A stretch of DNA of 64,000 bases from an uncultured Desulfobacterales bacterium (GTDB lineage Bacteria; Desulfobacterota; Desulfobacteria; Desulfobacterales; CAJINA01), in assembly GCA_964647585.1 (NCBI GenBank), contig CAZYGG010000006.1, positions 25,831-89,830 of the forward strand, written 5' to 3'. Under the pieces are notes generated by a model. The model made no database searches. It was given only the letters and a program-made list of their open reading frames with translations, and had not been told where the DNA came from. This document shows positions 55,057 through 64,000 of this stretch, one piece after another. Made by a program: the position numbers and the translations under genes. Within the stretch, counting starts at the first letter, position 1. Each line of letters opens with the position of its first letter.

Positions 55057-55210
55057 AAAGCGGTTGGATCTGGATGCCCAGGGGCTTTTACAGCAGCATT
55101 GTCACCGGTTGTATCGTGAATTCGGCACCTATGGGGCGGTGGCCCGGCACACCCGCCTGGACCGGCGGACGGTGAAGAAGTACATCCTCAAATGGCAGGA
55201 CCGCAAGTGA
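55025..55210 (+). pseudogene. Out-of-frame C-terminal Fis-type HTH segment of the preceding activator
   Basis: The +1 frame reads ...GGGPRREGGEKRLDLDAQGLLQQHCHRLYREFGTYGAVARHTRLDRRTVKKYILKWQDRK*, a typical HTH_8 tail. It would join the AAA+ frame if the G10 tract (55027..55036) were G9 or G12. Confidence 0.7.
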
Positions 55211-55220
55211 AATGCCACTT

Positions 55221-56279
55221 CTATGCGGCACAGATGCCATACCGCGGCAGCAGTTCGTGATTGACGAAAAACCGGTGCGCCATCACCGCATCATGGAACA
55301 GTTTCCAATTGCTGGATAGAAACCGGGGTTTGTAGGTATGTACGCGCAGGTCATGGCTGACGCCCAGGGCTTTTGCTTTCCAGGAGTTCTTACCCCGCGG
55401 TTTGTAGGTGACCGTTTCCCCGCCGAAACTGAAGGCCCCCTGCCGGATCGCCTGTAGCCAGTGTTTGTGCCGCTCTTCGCCATCTTCCATCTGCAGGGAC
55501 TCAAAAAGCGTGCGTATCTGCCGGTTGTCCTGTGGCGGCAGGTCGTCAACCGTGGCTGCCGGATCACCCGCCAGGAAGCGCTGCATGGCCCGGTGCATCT
55601 GGCGGGCTGCCACCATGAACGCATTGGTGTTGTTGCGCTGAATTAGTGTGCCGTGGCCGTTTTTGTACTCCCAGGACAGAAACGGCATGTCGGGAAAGAC
55701 GTTGGCGCGGCCGTGTCCCAGGGGCGGGACGGCATCATCGAGCAGATCCCGCAAAATATCCTTCAGGGGGTTGTCGAACACACCGGAGCTGGTGGTTTCA
55801 CGGGCATGTTCGACTTCGTTGATCGGGTGCAGAACACCGGCAAAACCCTGGTGGGCCCAGGTATCGGCGTAGACATGCATGGTTACCCCGAGCCGATGGA
55901 GACCATAGGGTCGCTGGCGATTGACAATGGTGTCGGCTACCATCTGGCGGGCCACATGGCTGTCCGGGCGGCAGACGATTTTATTGATGAACTGTCCGGA
56001 TGGGTTCCGGCCGGCCGGTTTACCGCCGTTGCCGGGCAGAAAATGAAAGGGCAGCCAGACCCGGTGGTTGGCCAGTTCCTCGACATTGCGCGGGTCCAGC
56101 ATTTTATGGGCGCTGGATGTGCGGTGGTACAGGGCCTTGTTATCGAAGTAGACAGTGCCGGTGCTGGTGGCATCATCCACGTACTGCGCCGCATAGGCTA
56201 TAATGTTGGCCCTGGCTTTATCAAATCCTGCCAACCGGGCGAGAACATAGGTTACGGTGTGATGGAAGTCGATCTGCAT
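55221..56279 (-). CDS. Conserved hypothetical protein, His-rich N-terminus (possibly DUF6765-like / zinc-phospholipase-C-like fold)
   Basis: 352 aa starting MQIDFHHTVTYVLARLAGF, with several HxxH/WAH motifs. A strong GGAGGAG RBS precedes it. The family assignment is from memory only. Confidence 0.5.
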   Translation of the reverse strand: MQIDFHHTVTYVLARLAGFDKARANIIAYAAQYVDDATSTGTVYFDNKALYHRTSSAHKMLDPRNVEELANHRVWLPFHFLPGNGGKPAGRNPSGQFINKIVCRPDSHVARQMVADTIVNRQRPYGLHRLGVTMHVYADTWAHQGFAGVLHPINEVEHARETTSSGVFDNPLKDILRDLLDDAVPPLGHGRANVFPDMPFLSWEYKNGHGTLIQRNNTNAFMVAARQMHRAMQRFLAGDPAATVDDLPPQDNRQIRTLFESLQMEDGEERHKHWLQAIRQGAFSFGGETVTYKPRGKNSWKAKALGVSHDLRVHTYKPRFLSSNWKLFHDAVMAHRFFVNHELLPRYGICAA

Positions 56280-56397
56280 AGAATCTCCTCCAAAAGTTTC
56301 TTGTCAGGAAACGGTTACCGGGGAACAGATAATTATAACGATCTTAAACCGGGAATCTTCAGCACATAAACATTGGGAGTAGCCCCCCATTCAACGT

Positions 56398-56763
56398 CTA
56401 TGGCGATGTGTTCCAGACATCAATCGGCAAATGGTAGTGTTCGATAGTTTTTTTCAGCTTTATCCAGTATTTCATGTCGCTCTCTTTTTCCATGATCAGG
56501 ACGATGCCGGCCTTCCGACCGGTTTGCAGGGCGTAGTGGAGGCTCTCGCCAATGGATTCATACCACATATCGGCATAGTCGAATTCAATCACGTATTTAG
56601 GGGAGAGACAGTCATATTGATCCGATACTGACACTTCGGTACTATCGAAATATTTGGCACACCACCGCTCCTGGTACCAACGTTTGGGATACAGCCGCTC
56701 GGCAAAGGATAGAGAGGGGATCAGTAGAAAAGCCAGCAGGCTGAAGCAGATGCATCTGCGCAT
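56398..56763 (-). CDS. Small secreted hypothetical protein
   Basis: 121 aa with signal peptide MRRCICFSLLAFLLIPSLSFA. No recognised motif. Confidence 0.5.
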   Translation of the reverse strand: MRRCICFSLLAFLLIPSLSFAERLYPKRWYQERWCAKYFDSTEVSVSDQYDCLSPKYVIEFDYADMWYESIGESLHYALQTGRKAGIVLIMEKESDMKYWIKLKKTIEHYHLPIDVWNTSP

Positions 56764-56845
56764 AAATATACCTCATTCGGTTGCTCTTTTAGGTTTTCAC
56801 TTGGATCCTTGGACCCTCGGCCCCTCGAATCCTTCGGTTTCTCTA

Positions 56846-57550
56846 CTACAACACCGGCATTTTATCCATAGCGGCCATGATTCTTTTTTGCCGCCAGCGT
56901 ACGTATTCACTCGGTTTTACCGGCGACCACCGGCGGGGACTCGGTAAAACCGCCGCCAGCCGGGCGGCCTGCTCCCGGGTCAGGGCTCGGGCCGGGCGGT
57001 TAAAATAGTGGCGGGACGCGGCTTCTGCACCCAGAATTTGATTGCCCCAGTCGACCGTATTCAGATAAACCTCTAAGATTCTTCGCTTATCCCACAAAAT
57101 TTCAATGAGCACCGTGTAATAGGCCTCCAGCAGTTTCCGGATAACACTGCGGCTTGGGAGCAGAAAAACAGTACGGGCGGTTTGCATGGTAATGGTGCTG
57201 GCCCCCCGGGTTTTGCTTGCGGAAAAGAGATCGCCCAGGACAATTTTCAGTTCGATAAAGTCAAATCCGTGGTGGTTTAAAAAACGTTGGTCTTCAGCGG
57301 CGAGGACCGCCTTTTTAAGGTGGCCGGAAATGTTGTCCAGGGAGGTCCAGTACCAGGCCGGCTTTTGCCAGGTTTCACCTTTAAGAACCTGGGCCACCCG
57401 GTCGTAAGTCGTGCCGAAGGTGAACGGCGGGTTCACGAACCGCAGGGACAGTACCTGAAAAACTGTAAAGAGGAAAATCGAGGCAGCCGCCAGCGCCAAA
57501 AACCGGAGCAGGCGTTTAAAGCCATTTTTTTTCTTCTTTTTACGTGGCAC
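56846..57550 (-). CDS. mtgA: Monofunctional biosynthetic peptidoglycan transglycosylase
   Basis: It has an N-terminal TM anchor, then AAEDQRFLNHHGFD and GASTITMQTAR (GT51 motifs). Length is 234 aa. Confidence 0.9.
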   Translation of the reverse strand: MPRKKKKKNGFKRLLRFLALAAASIFLFTVFQVLSLRFVNPPFTFGTTYDRVAQVLKGETWQKPAWYWTSLDNISGHLKKAVLAAEDQRFLNHHGFDFIELKIVLGDLFSASKTRGASTITMQTARTVFLLPSRSVIRKLLEAYYTVLIEILWDKRRILEVYLNTVDWGNQILGAEAASRHYFNRPARALTREQAARLAAVLPSPRRWSPVKPSEYVRWRQKRIMAAMDKMPVL

Positions 57551-57704
57551 GCCGAGAAGTTCCTTTCAGTTCTTCAAAAAAATATAAAAATTTCATTCCG
57601 GTGTGTTGCTTTTCAGTGATCTGCTCTTACTTTGACCAGCGCCTTTGGGATACACCCAAAACCAATAATTATCAAAAGAATCTTAACGTCATTGTGGAGA
57701 AAAA

Positions 57705-58565
57705 ATGTTTGCAGGTAAAGATTTTCGCTTTTCAGTTTTATGGAACCTGTTTCTGATCACCACCGGAACCTTTTTGCTGGGGGTAGGGGTCAAGGCGATA
57801 GCCATCCCCAATGGTTTCATCACCGGTGGTATGTCTGGTATGGGACTGTTGATCTACTATTTTTCAGGAACACTTACCCCTGGGATCTGGTATCTCATTC
57901 TAAACATACCGGTTTTCATTCTTGGCTGGTTGTTTGTAAGCCGGCGTTTCTTTTTATACAGTTTATATGGTGCCGCAGCTCTGACTGCGGCCATTGACCT
58001 GATTTCTTTTACAATACCGGTAAAAGATCCGGTTCTGGCCGCCCTGGCCGGCGGAGTTTTAATCGGGGCCGGTGTCGGTATTGTCCTCAGATCACTGGGA
58101 TCAAACGGCGGTACGGATATCATTGGCATCATCTTGAACCAGCGCTTCAACATTCCCATCGGACGCTTCTTTTTTGCCTTTAACCTCGTGCTGTTCAGCG
58201 TGGGTTTCGGCATCCGGGAGCTCGACCCGATGCTCTATTCCGTGGCCATGAGTTTCTTAACCGCCCAGGTGATGGATTATTGCCTCAGCATGTTTAACCA
58301 GCGAAAGATGGTGCTTGTGGTTTCGGAAAGATCCGCTGAGATTGCGCCGCAGGTCCTTGAAAAGCTGAAAAGGGGCGCCACATTTTTAGATGGCCGGGGG
58401 GCCTATTCCGGACGGGCCCGAAATATTCTCATGACCGTGGTGCACAATCTGCAGCTCAAACGCATGGAAGAACTCGTCTTCGGCATTGATCCGGATGCGT
58501 TCATGATCACGGAAAACACCTTCAACGTACTGGGCAAGGGTTTCTCAAAAAGAAAAATCTACTGA
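57705..58565 (+). CDS. YitT-family membrane protein (DUF2179 C-terminal domain)
   Basis: It has 5-6 TM segments with GGMSG and GSNGGTDI motifs, and a C-terminal soluble domain ...GATFLDGRGAYSG. Confidence 0.8.
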   Translation: MFAGKDFRFSVLWNLFLITTGTFLLGVGVKAIAIPNGFITGGMSGMGLLIYYFSGTLTPGIWYLILNIPVFILGWLFVSRRFFLYSLYGAAALTAAIDLISFTIPVKDPVLAALAGGVLIGAGVGIVLRSLGSNGGTDIIGIILNQRFNIPIGRFFFAFNLVLFSVGFGIRELDPMLYSVAMSFLTAQVMDYCLSMFNQRKMVLVVSERSAEIAPQVLEKLKRGATFLDGRGAYSGRARNILMTVVHNLQLKRMEELVFGIDPDAFMITENTFNVLGKGFSKRKIY

Positions 58566-58677
58566 ACAGACTAAAGCCGCCAAAAGGTAAGGCGTTATCA
58601 CTTAACAGTCTGATTTTATGTTGTTATTTCTCTTAAAACTTAACACCTAAGACTTAAAACGGATGATCTATATTATC

Positions 58678-59817
58678 TCATCCCTCTTCCGGCACCCGGA
58701 TCAACTGGGTCGCGATCAGCGACACAAGGCTCATTGCCGCGCCAGCCAAAAAGACGATTCGATAGTCGACCATCCATAAGATTCCGCCTAAAACCGGCAG
58801 AACCACGGCGGCAATATGGTTGATGGTGAAGCTGACCGCCATACTCGGGGCGATGTCCCGGGGGTCGGCGATTTTCTGGAAATAGGTGCGGATGGCGATG
58901 GCAAAATTGAAAAAGATGTGATCGGCGATATAAAGCAGGGCCCCGACCAGTTTTGATTCCGTGATCGCGTATCCGGTGAAAATAAATATCAGGCTGAAGT
59001 ATTCCAGGGAGAGCACCTTTCTCTCTCCGTAGCGGATAATGGCCTTGCCGATCAGCGGGCTTAAAAAATAGTTGACGGCATTGTTGATAACAAACAGCAG
59101 GGTGACTTCCTGGACGGTATAACCGAACTTTTTCACCAGCAGGAAAACGGCAAACGCCATGAAGATCTGGCGCCGGGCGCCGGACATGAAGGTGAGAAAG
59201 TAAAAGAGCCAGTACCTTGTTCGCAGAATCATCTGTTTGCGCTGGGGCACCAGGTTCTTATCGGTGGGATCCTGGAAAAAGCCCCAGATCGCCGCCGCCA
59301 TTATCAACCCGCCAAAAAGCAGGTAAAGTTGTGTGTAACTCAGGTACGGCTCCAGGATCCATATACCGAGGCCGATGGCGATGCTGGATCCGGCGGCCAC
59401 GCTGCGCAGCTTGCCGAAAACCCAGGGGGACGTGCCCTTGTCGAAATATTGCAAGGTTAAGGACTGGTTGGTCGTTTCGTAATAGTGAAATCCAAAACTC
59501 ATGATCAGGGTGGTCATGATCAGGCCGACATAGGACGGGAAAAAACCTGTCACGGCCACGCCGAATCCTAAGACCAGGATCGACAGTGCGGAGAGCCGGT
59601 GCTCCCTGATTACCAGGATGACGTAAATGACCAGCAGGGTCATGAAGCCCGGCACCTCCCGTACGGACTGAATGACGCCGATATGGTTTCCATCCAACCC
59701 GCCGATTTCAACTGCGAAATTGTTGAACAGCGTCCGCCACACCTGAAGCCCCACCGTGGAACAGATGGTAAAGACCAACAGGTAACGGTACATGGGATTT
59801 TTCATCGCCTCGCGCAT
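58678..59817 (-). CDS. MFS transporter
   Basis: 379 aa with about 11-12 TM helices. No substrate-specific motif recognised. Confidence 0.7.
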   Translation of the reverse strand: MREAMKNPMYRYLLVFTICSTVGLQVWRTLFNNFAVEIGGLDGNHIGVIQSVREVPGFMTLLVIYVILVIREHRLSALSILVLGFGVAVTGFFPSYVGLIMTTLIMSFGFHYYETTNQSLTLQYFDKGTSPWVFGKLRSVAAGSSIAIGLGIWILEPYLSYTQLYLLFGGLIMAAAIWGFFQDPTDKNLVPQRKQMILRTRYWLFYFLTFMSGARRQIFMAFAVFLLVKKFGYTVQEVTLLFVINNAVNYFLSPLIGKAIIRYGERKVLSLEYFSLIFIFTGYAITESKLVGALLYIADHIFFNFAIAIRTYFQKIADPRDIAPSMAVSFTINHIAAVVLPVLGGILWMVDYRIVFLAGAAMSLVSLIATQLIRVPEEG

Positions 59818-60096
59818 AAGACCTGCGAAATAGTATACAGGGGGGATTATTACAACCTAAATCTAAAAGGGTTCGCATTATCCGAACAATGCCTCACAGA
59901 CGGTGAGCTATCGTTTTTTTAACCTTAAGTGTAGCCCTTTTAGATCTGAATTGGATTTGGCTCTGCGCGTGGAAAGGCGGCATTATAATCTTAACATGGT
60001 AAAACCTAAAACAGATGAATTTGCCCCAATGCAAATTCATAAAAACGTAAAGCGACACTTGACGCTTCTGGTTTTGTCTGCTTTATTGGCACCACT

Positions 60097-60819
60097 ATGA
60101 CACATCCCGCCAACAAGGAAAGGCCGGTCACGAAAAAAGGAACCCCTTTCTATAAAATGAAAGACCTCGTGGCAGCCACCAATATCCCCAAATCAACGAT
60201 TTTACTCTATGTGAACAAGGGGTTGCTGCCGCAACCGGTGCGCCACGGCTCGAATGTGGCCTATTACCACCCGGACTGCGCGGAGCGGATTGTCTTCATC
60301 AAGCGCATCCAGGCCAGCCGCCGGCTGCCCCTGGCGGCCATCAAGGGGCTGTTGAAGGAGATGGACCGGGGTAAGGATGTCCATGCCCTGATTGATCTTC
60401 AGACCGTGCTTTTTGCGGGAGAAAACGACGACCGACTCGATCTGCAGGGGCTGGTTGCGGCAACTGGACTTTCCACGGACCAGGCCGGGGCCCTGGTGGA
60501 TGCCCGGCTCCTGGTGCCCCTGGAGGACGGCTGCTTCGACCGGGAGGACGTGGCCGTCGGCAAGCTCCTGAAAACCGGGCTGGCGCTGGGGTTCGAGATA
60601 GAGGAGCTTGATTTTTACCCCCGGCTGGCCGACCAGATTGTCGCCCAGGAACTGGAGTTGCGCCTGAGACACACCCGGGACATGGCTTTTGACGAAGATG
60701 CGGCCGCTACGCTGGAGATGACCCACGTTGCCAGGGGGTTGCGGGCTTATATTATCGACAGGCTTATGCAGCGCCGGCTGATTGCTTTTAAGGGATTGAA
60801 AAATAAGGAGAAATCATGA
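60097..60819 (+). CDS. MerR-family transcriptional regulator
   Basis: It has an N-terminal HTH (YKMKDLVAATNIPKSTILLYVNKGLLP) followed by a coiled dimerisation helix. The start may be at 60157. Confidence 0.8.
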   Translation: MTHPANKERPVTKKGTPFYKMKDLVAATNIPKSTILLYVNKGLLPQPVRHGSNVAYYHPDCAERIVFIKRIQASRRLPLAAIKGLLKEMDRGKDVHALIDLQTVLFAGENDDRLDLQGLVAATGLSTDQAGALVDARLLVPLEDGCFDREDVAVGKLLKTGLALGFEIEELDFYPRLADQIVAQELELRLRHTRDMAFDEDAAATLEMTHVARGLRAYIIDRLMQRRLIAFKGLKNKEKS

Positions 60820-62819
60820 GAGACCCATTGTTTAACCCTATCAGGATCAACGGGATGGAAGTGAAAAACCGGATTTACCTGCCGGCCATGCACCTGGCCA
60901 TGTGCGTGGATTTTGAAGTGACCGACCAGATTGTCGAATTTTATGCCCGCCGCGCCAGAGGCGGGGCCGGGCTCATTTGTGTGGGCTTTGCAACCATTGA
61001 TGACATGGCCGGCAATTCCCAGAACATTGGCGCGCATAAAGATGAATATCTGCCCGGCCTGACCCGTCTGGCGAGTGGTATCAAAGAGAATGGTGCTCAT
61101 GCGGCGATCCAGTTAAACCACTCGGGACGTTACAACTTTTCCTTTTTCCTGGACGGCAAACAGCCGGTGGCCCCGTCACCCATCGCCTCCAAATTCAACC
61201 GGGAAATGCCCCGGGAGCTGACAGTTGAAGACATCCAGGCCATCGTCAGCAACTATGCCGCGGCGGCCGCCCGGGTAAAAGAAGCCGGTTTCGATGCCAT
61301 CGATGTGCTGGCCGGTACCGGGTACCTGATCAGCCAGTTTTTTTCCCCGCTCACCAATGAGCGCAAAGATGAATACGGCGGCAGTTTTGAGAATCGCATG
61401 CGGTTCGGGCTTGAGGTGATGCAGGCAATTCGCAAGGCGGTTGGCCCCGATTTTCCGCTGATCGTCAGGATGAACGGGAACGACTTCATGCCTGGTGGGC
61501 AGGGGCGCAAAGAGCTGCAGCGGATCGCCGGTGAGTTCGTGGAAAAAGGGTCTACGGACGCCCTGTGCATCAATGTGGGCTGGCATGAAGCCCGCGTCCC
61601 GCAGATCGTTGCCAGTGTTCCCCGGGGTGTTTTTGCCTACATGTCCCGGGGCATCAAGGAGAAGGTTTCAGTACCGGTGATTGCCAGCCACCGGATCAAC
61701 GAGCCGTCCGTGGCCCGGGAGCTGCTTGTCGACGATCTGTGCGATATGGTGGCCATGGGCCGCAGCCTCATTGCCGATCCCGACTTGCCCTTAAAAACAC
61801 AGGCGGGCCGGGAGAAGGAACTTGTCCACTGCATCGCCTGTGCCCAGGGCTGCTTTGACAACCTGTTCAAGCTCAAGCACGTGGAGTGCATGTGCAACCC
61901 CGAGGCCGGCTATGAAACCCAGGGGTTGTGTAAAGCCGCCGCAAAGCCTGGGAATATCATGGTGGTCGGCGGCGGGGCTGCCGGAATGAGCGCCGCGCTG
62001 GCCGCCTCGCGGCGGGGCCACCGGGTGGTCCTGTGCGAAGCAGGGGATAAACTCGGCGGACAACTTTACCTGGCCGCGGCACCTCCCGGACGGGCCGAAT
62101 TCGCGGAACTGGCCCGGGATCTGGCCACGCAGGTGGGTCTTACCGATATCGATCTCCGGCTCAACTGCCCGGTGGACGAAGTGGTGATCAAAGAAATCAG
62201 TCCGGACACAGTGATTCTGGCCACAGGTGCAAAACCCTTAACGCCGCCGATTCCGGGGGTCGAGCTGGCCCACGTGGTCCAGTCGTGGGATGTGTTGAAT
62301 GACAAGGTGCATACCGGCAAACGGGTCGTGATCATCGGCGGCGGGGCCGTAGGGGTTGAAGTGGCTCTTTTCCTGGCTGAAAAGGGCACCCTGTCCGCCG
62401 AGGCGGTGAAGTTCCTGCTGGTCAACCGGGCCGAGGATCCGGAGAGCCTCTTTGAACTGGCTACCCGGGGCACCCGGGACGTCGTCCTGCTGGAGATGAT
62501 CGACAAGATCGGCAAAGATATCGGTAAATCCACCCGCTGGGGCATGCTCCAGGAGTTGAGCCGGGTCGGGGTAAGGACCAGCATCGAGACAAAAGCCCTT
62601 GAAATCACCGCCGCAGGCGTAAAGGTGACCTCTGAACAGGGCGAAGAGCTCCTGCCGGCCGATACCGTGGTCATGGCGGCCGGGTCCGCTTCACACAACC
62701 CGTTGGAGGAGGTCCTGAAAAAAGCGGGGGTCGACTATAAAGTCGTGGGAGACGCGGGCCAGGTCGGCTTGGCCTTCGATGCCGTCCACCAGGGCTTTCG
62801 AGCAGGGTGTGCCGTTTAG
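60816..62819 (+). CDS. fadH: 2,4-dienoyl-CoA reductase-like flavoprotein (OYE TIM barrel + Fe-S linker + FAD/NAD(P) domain; FadH family)
   Basis: It is collinear with E. coli FadH blocks: NRIYLPAMH, GWHEARVPQIVASVPRG, CIACAQGC and VVGGGAAGMSAA. The start overlaps the MerR stop. Confidence 0.8.
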   Translation: MRDPLFNPIRINGMEVKNRIYLPAMHLAMCVDFEVTDQIVEFYARRARGGAGLICVGFATIDDMAGNSQNIGAHKDEYLPGLTRLASGIKENGAHAAIQLNHSGRYNFSFFLDGKQPVAPSPIASKFNREMPRELTVEDIQAIVSNYAAAAARVKEAGFDAIDVLAGTGYLISQFFSPLTNERKDEYGGSFENRMRFGLEVMQAIRKAVGPDFPLIVRMNGNDFMPGGQGRKELQRIAGEFVEKGSTDALCINVGWHEARVPQIVASVPRGVFAYMSRGIKEKVSVPVIASHRINEPSVARELLVDDLCDMVAMGRSLIADPDLPLKTQAGREKELVHCIACAQGCFDNLFKLKHVECMCNPEAGYETQGLCKAAAKPGNIMVVGGGAAGMSAALAASRRGHRVVLCEAGDKLGGQLYLAAAPPGRAEFAELARDLATQVGLTDIDLRLNCPVDEVVIKEISPDTVILATGAKPLTPPIPGVELAHVVQSWDVLNDKVHTGKRVVIIGGGAVGVEVALFLAEKGTLSAEAVKFLLVNRAEDPESLFELATRGTRDVVLLEMIDKIGKDIGKSTRWGMLQELSRVGVRTSIETKALEITAAGVKVTSEQGEELLPADTVVMAAGSASHNPLEEVLKKAGVDYKVVGDAGQVGLAFDAVHQGFRAGCAV

Positions 62820-62856
62820 CGTCTCGACGTACGGAAGTCGGTGTTATGAAAATACG

Positions 62857-62890
62857 AAAAGGGCCCGGCCAATCAGGCCGGGCCCTTTTT
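62857..62890. terminator. Bidirectional rho-independent terminator
   Basis: AAAA-GGGCCCGGCC-aatca-GGCCGGGCCC-TTTTTATT is a perfect 10-bp GC stem with A/T runs on both sides. It lies between convergent genes. Confidence 0.85.
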
Positions 62891-62913
62891 ATTGATTTAC
62901 AGCAGGGGGGCAG

Positions 62914-64000
62914 TTAACTCCCCAGCAGAACCTTCGGTAGCCAGGTGACCGCTTCCGGCCAGACACAGATAATCAAAAGGCCGAGCAACTGGATGATAAC
63001 AAAGGGAATAATGCCTTTGTAAATATCCATGGTCTGGACCTGGGGTGGACAGACGCCTTTTAGATAGAACAAAGAGAATCCGAAAGGTGGTGTCAGAAAC
63101 GATGTCTGCAGGTTGACTGCGATGAGTACCGCCAGCCACAGGGGATCGACACCCATGTAGATCATGATCGGGGCCAGGACGGGTACGTGGATGAAGGTGA
63201 TCTCGATAAAATCGAGGAAAAACCCGGCAATGAAGATAATGGACATCACGATAAACAGGATGCCCCATTTCCCGAACGGCAGGGAGGTGATCAGCTCCCT
63301 GACCAGGGTGTCGCCGTCCAGCCCCCGGAAAACAAGCCCTAATGTGGTGGCGCCGACGAGAATGATGAACACCATGCAGGTCAGGTGTGTGGTGGTTTTC
63401 ATGACCTCCTGAACGATCTTCAGGGTGAGTTTCCCATGTATAGCAGTTAAGATTGTCGCGCCCACAGCGCCCACCGAGGCAGCCTCCGTGGGGGAGGCGA
63501 TACCGGCGAAGATGGAACCCAGCACGGCAATCATGAGGGTCAGGGGCGGGACCAGGGCTTTGAAAACCCGGGCATACAATTGTTTTGTGGAGATTGAATC
63601 AAGCTCTTCCTGGGGTATCGGGGGTGCCCACTGGGGCTTTACCTGGGCGATGATCAGAATGTATATCATGTAAAGGCTTACCAGGATCAACCCGGGGATA
63701 ACGGCGCCTACAAAAAGATCGCCCACCGGGACATTCATAATGTCGCCGAGCAGGACCAGGACGATACTCGGGGGGATGATCTGGCCCAGGGTTCCGGAAG
63801 CGGCTACCGTGCCCGTGCAGAGGGATTTATTGTAGTTTCTTTTCAGCATGGTGGGCACCGAGAGCAGGCCCATGGTGACCACGGTGGCACCGACGATTCC
63901 GGTGGAGGCACCCATGAGAGCGCCCACGAAGACCACTGAAACGGCCAGTCCGCCCTTGATTTTGGCAAACACCAGGGCCATGGCTTCCAGAAGTTCTTCC
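62914..64000 (-). CDS. dctM: TRAP transporter large permease (DctM), 5' end outside the window
   Basis: The frame stays open to the window edge (…EELLEAMALVFAKIKGGLAV...). GTLGQIIPPSIVLVLLGD and the C-terminal blocks parallel the DctM at 27770..29155. Confidence 0.85.
   Translation of the reverse strand, partial: EELLEAMALVFAKIKGGLAVSVVFVGALMGASTGIVGATVVTMGLLSVPTMLKRNYNKSLCTGTVAASGTLGQIIPPSIVLVLLGDIMNVPVGDLFVGAVIPGLILVSLYMIYILIIAQVKPQWAPPIPQEELDSISTKQLYARVFKALVPPLTLMIAVLGSIFAGIASPTEAASVGAVGATILTAIHGKLTLKIVQEVMKTTTHLTCMVFIILVGATTLGLVFRGLDGDTLVRELITSLPFGKWGILFIVMSIIFIAGFFLDFIEITFIHVPVLAPIMIYMGVDPLWLAVLIAVNLQTSFLTPPFGFSLFYLKGVCPPQVQTMDIYKGIIPFVIIQLLGLLIICVWPEAVTWLPKVLLGS

Noticed and set aside
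60058-60096. A possible MerR-type promoter with a 19-bp spacer (TTGACG-N19-TATTGG) directly upstream of the MerR gene.
   Set aside because: The -10 hexamer is poor, there is no obvious dyad in the spacer, and it would imply a leaderless transcript. That is too weak to call.
1-64000. Scan for tRNA, rRNA, tmRNA, CRISPR arrays, integrases/transposases and prophage genes.
   Set aside because: I saw no T-loop (GGTTCGAAT-type) contexts outside coding sequence, no regularly spaced direct repeats and no recombinase-like ORFs. The absence is by eye only and should be confirmed with tRNAscan-SE, Infernal and CRISPR finders.

Overview
The window looks like a chromosomal segment from an anaerobic, sigma-54-rich bacterium, probably a sulfate-reducer-like Desulfobacterota. 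I base that on gene content and selenoprotein use only, with no database search. All calls come from reading the translated ORFs, remembered family motifs and direct inspection of the DNA. About 60 protein genes are supportable. I found no rRNA, tRNA or CRISPR array. Main blocks: (1) 1.0-14.7 kb holds two minus-strand operons of redox and unknown-function genes. They include flavoproteins, a cupin, two HAD dehalogenase-like proteins, a MetE-like protein, two DUF1638, DUF3786, DUF2284, an AhpD-like protein and RidA. Each operon is preceded by the same sigma-54 promoter plus palindromic UAS module, and a GAF-type sigma-54 activator is encoded divergently. One gene in this block appears as two ORFs in the track but is best read as a single PrdB/GrdB-family selenoprotein with an in-frame UGA. 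This block is my best candidate for an undescribed system. (2) 14.9-19.2 kb is a 1400-aa double BcrAD/BadFG activase fusion flanked by a direct repeat element. (3) 19.9-30.5 kb encodes an SDR, a CoA-transferase, a PAS sigma-54 activator, a second SDR, TRAP DctPQM and an orphan LivK-type binding protein, with two good sigma-54 promoters. (4) 30.6-37.0 kb is a lactate/glycolate oxidation cluster (lutC, lutB-A fusion, glcD/glcF-like, GntR/FadR regulator) with two AATTGGTnnTACCATT operators. (5) 37.7-47.3 kb contains a free-standing archaeal-type ThrRS-editing-domain protein, an RND pump with its adaptor, Ub-Mut7C RNase, GalT/HIT-like, alpha/beta hydrolase, LMW-PTP and SLOG (Mo-carrier-like) genes. 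These are separated by a family of long imperfect hairpin repeats. (6) 47.7-64 kb is mostly housekeeping or accessory (ybdL-yafV, DMT, MBL, NifU-like, caspase lipoprotein, mtgA, YitT, MFS, MerR plus FadH-like, partial DctM). It also has a sigma-54 activator whose HTH is cut off by a frameshift in a G10 tract. Two short gene remnants (cobO-like, M24 peptidase-like) indicate local gene decay.
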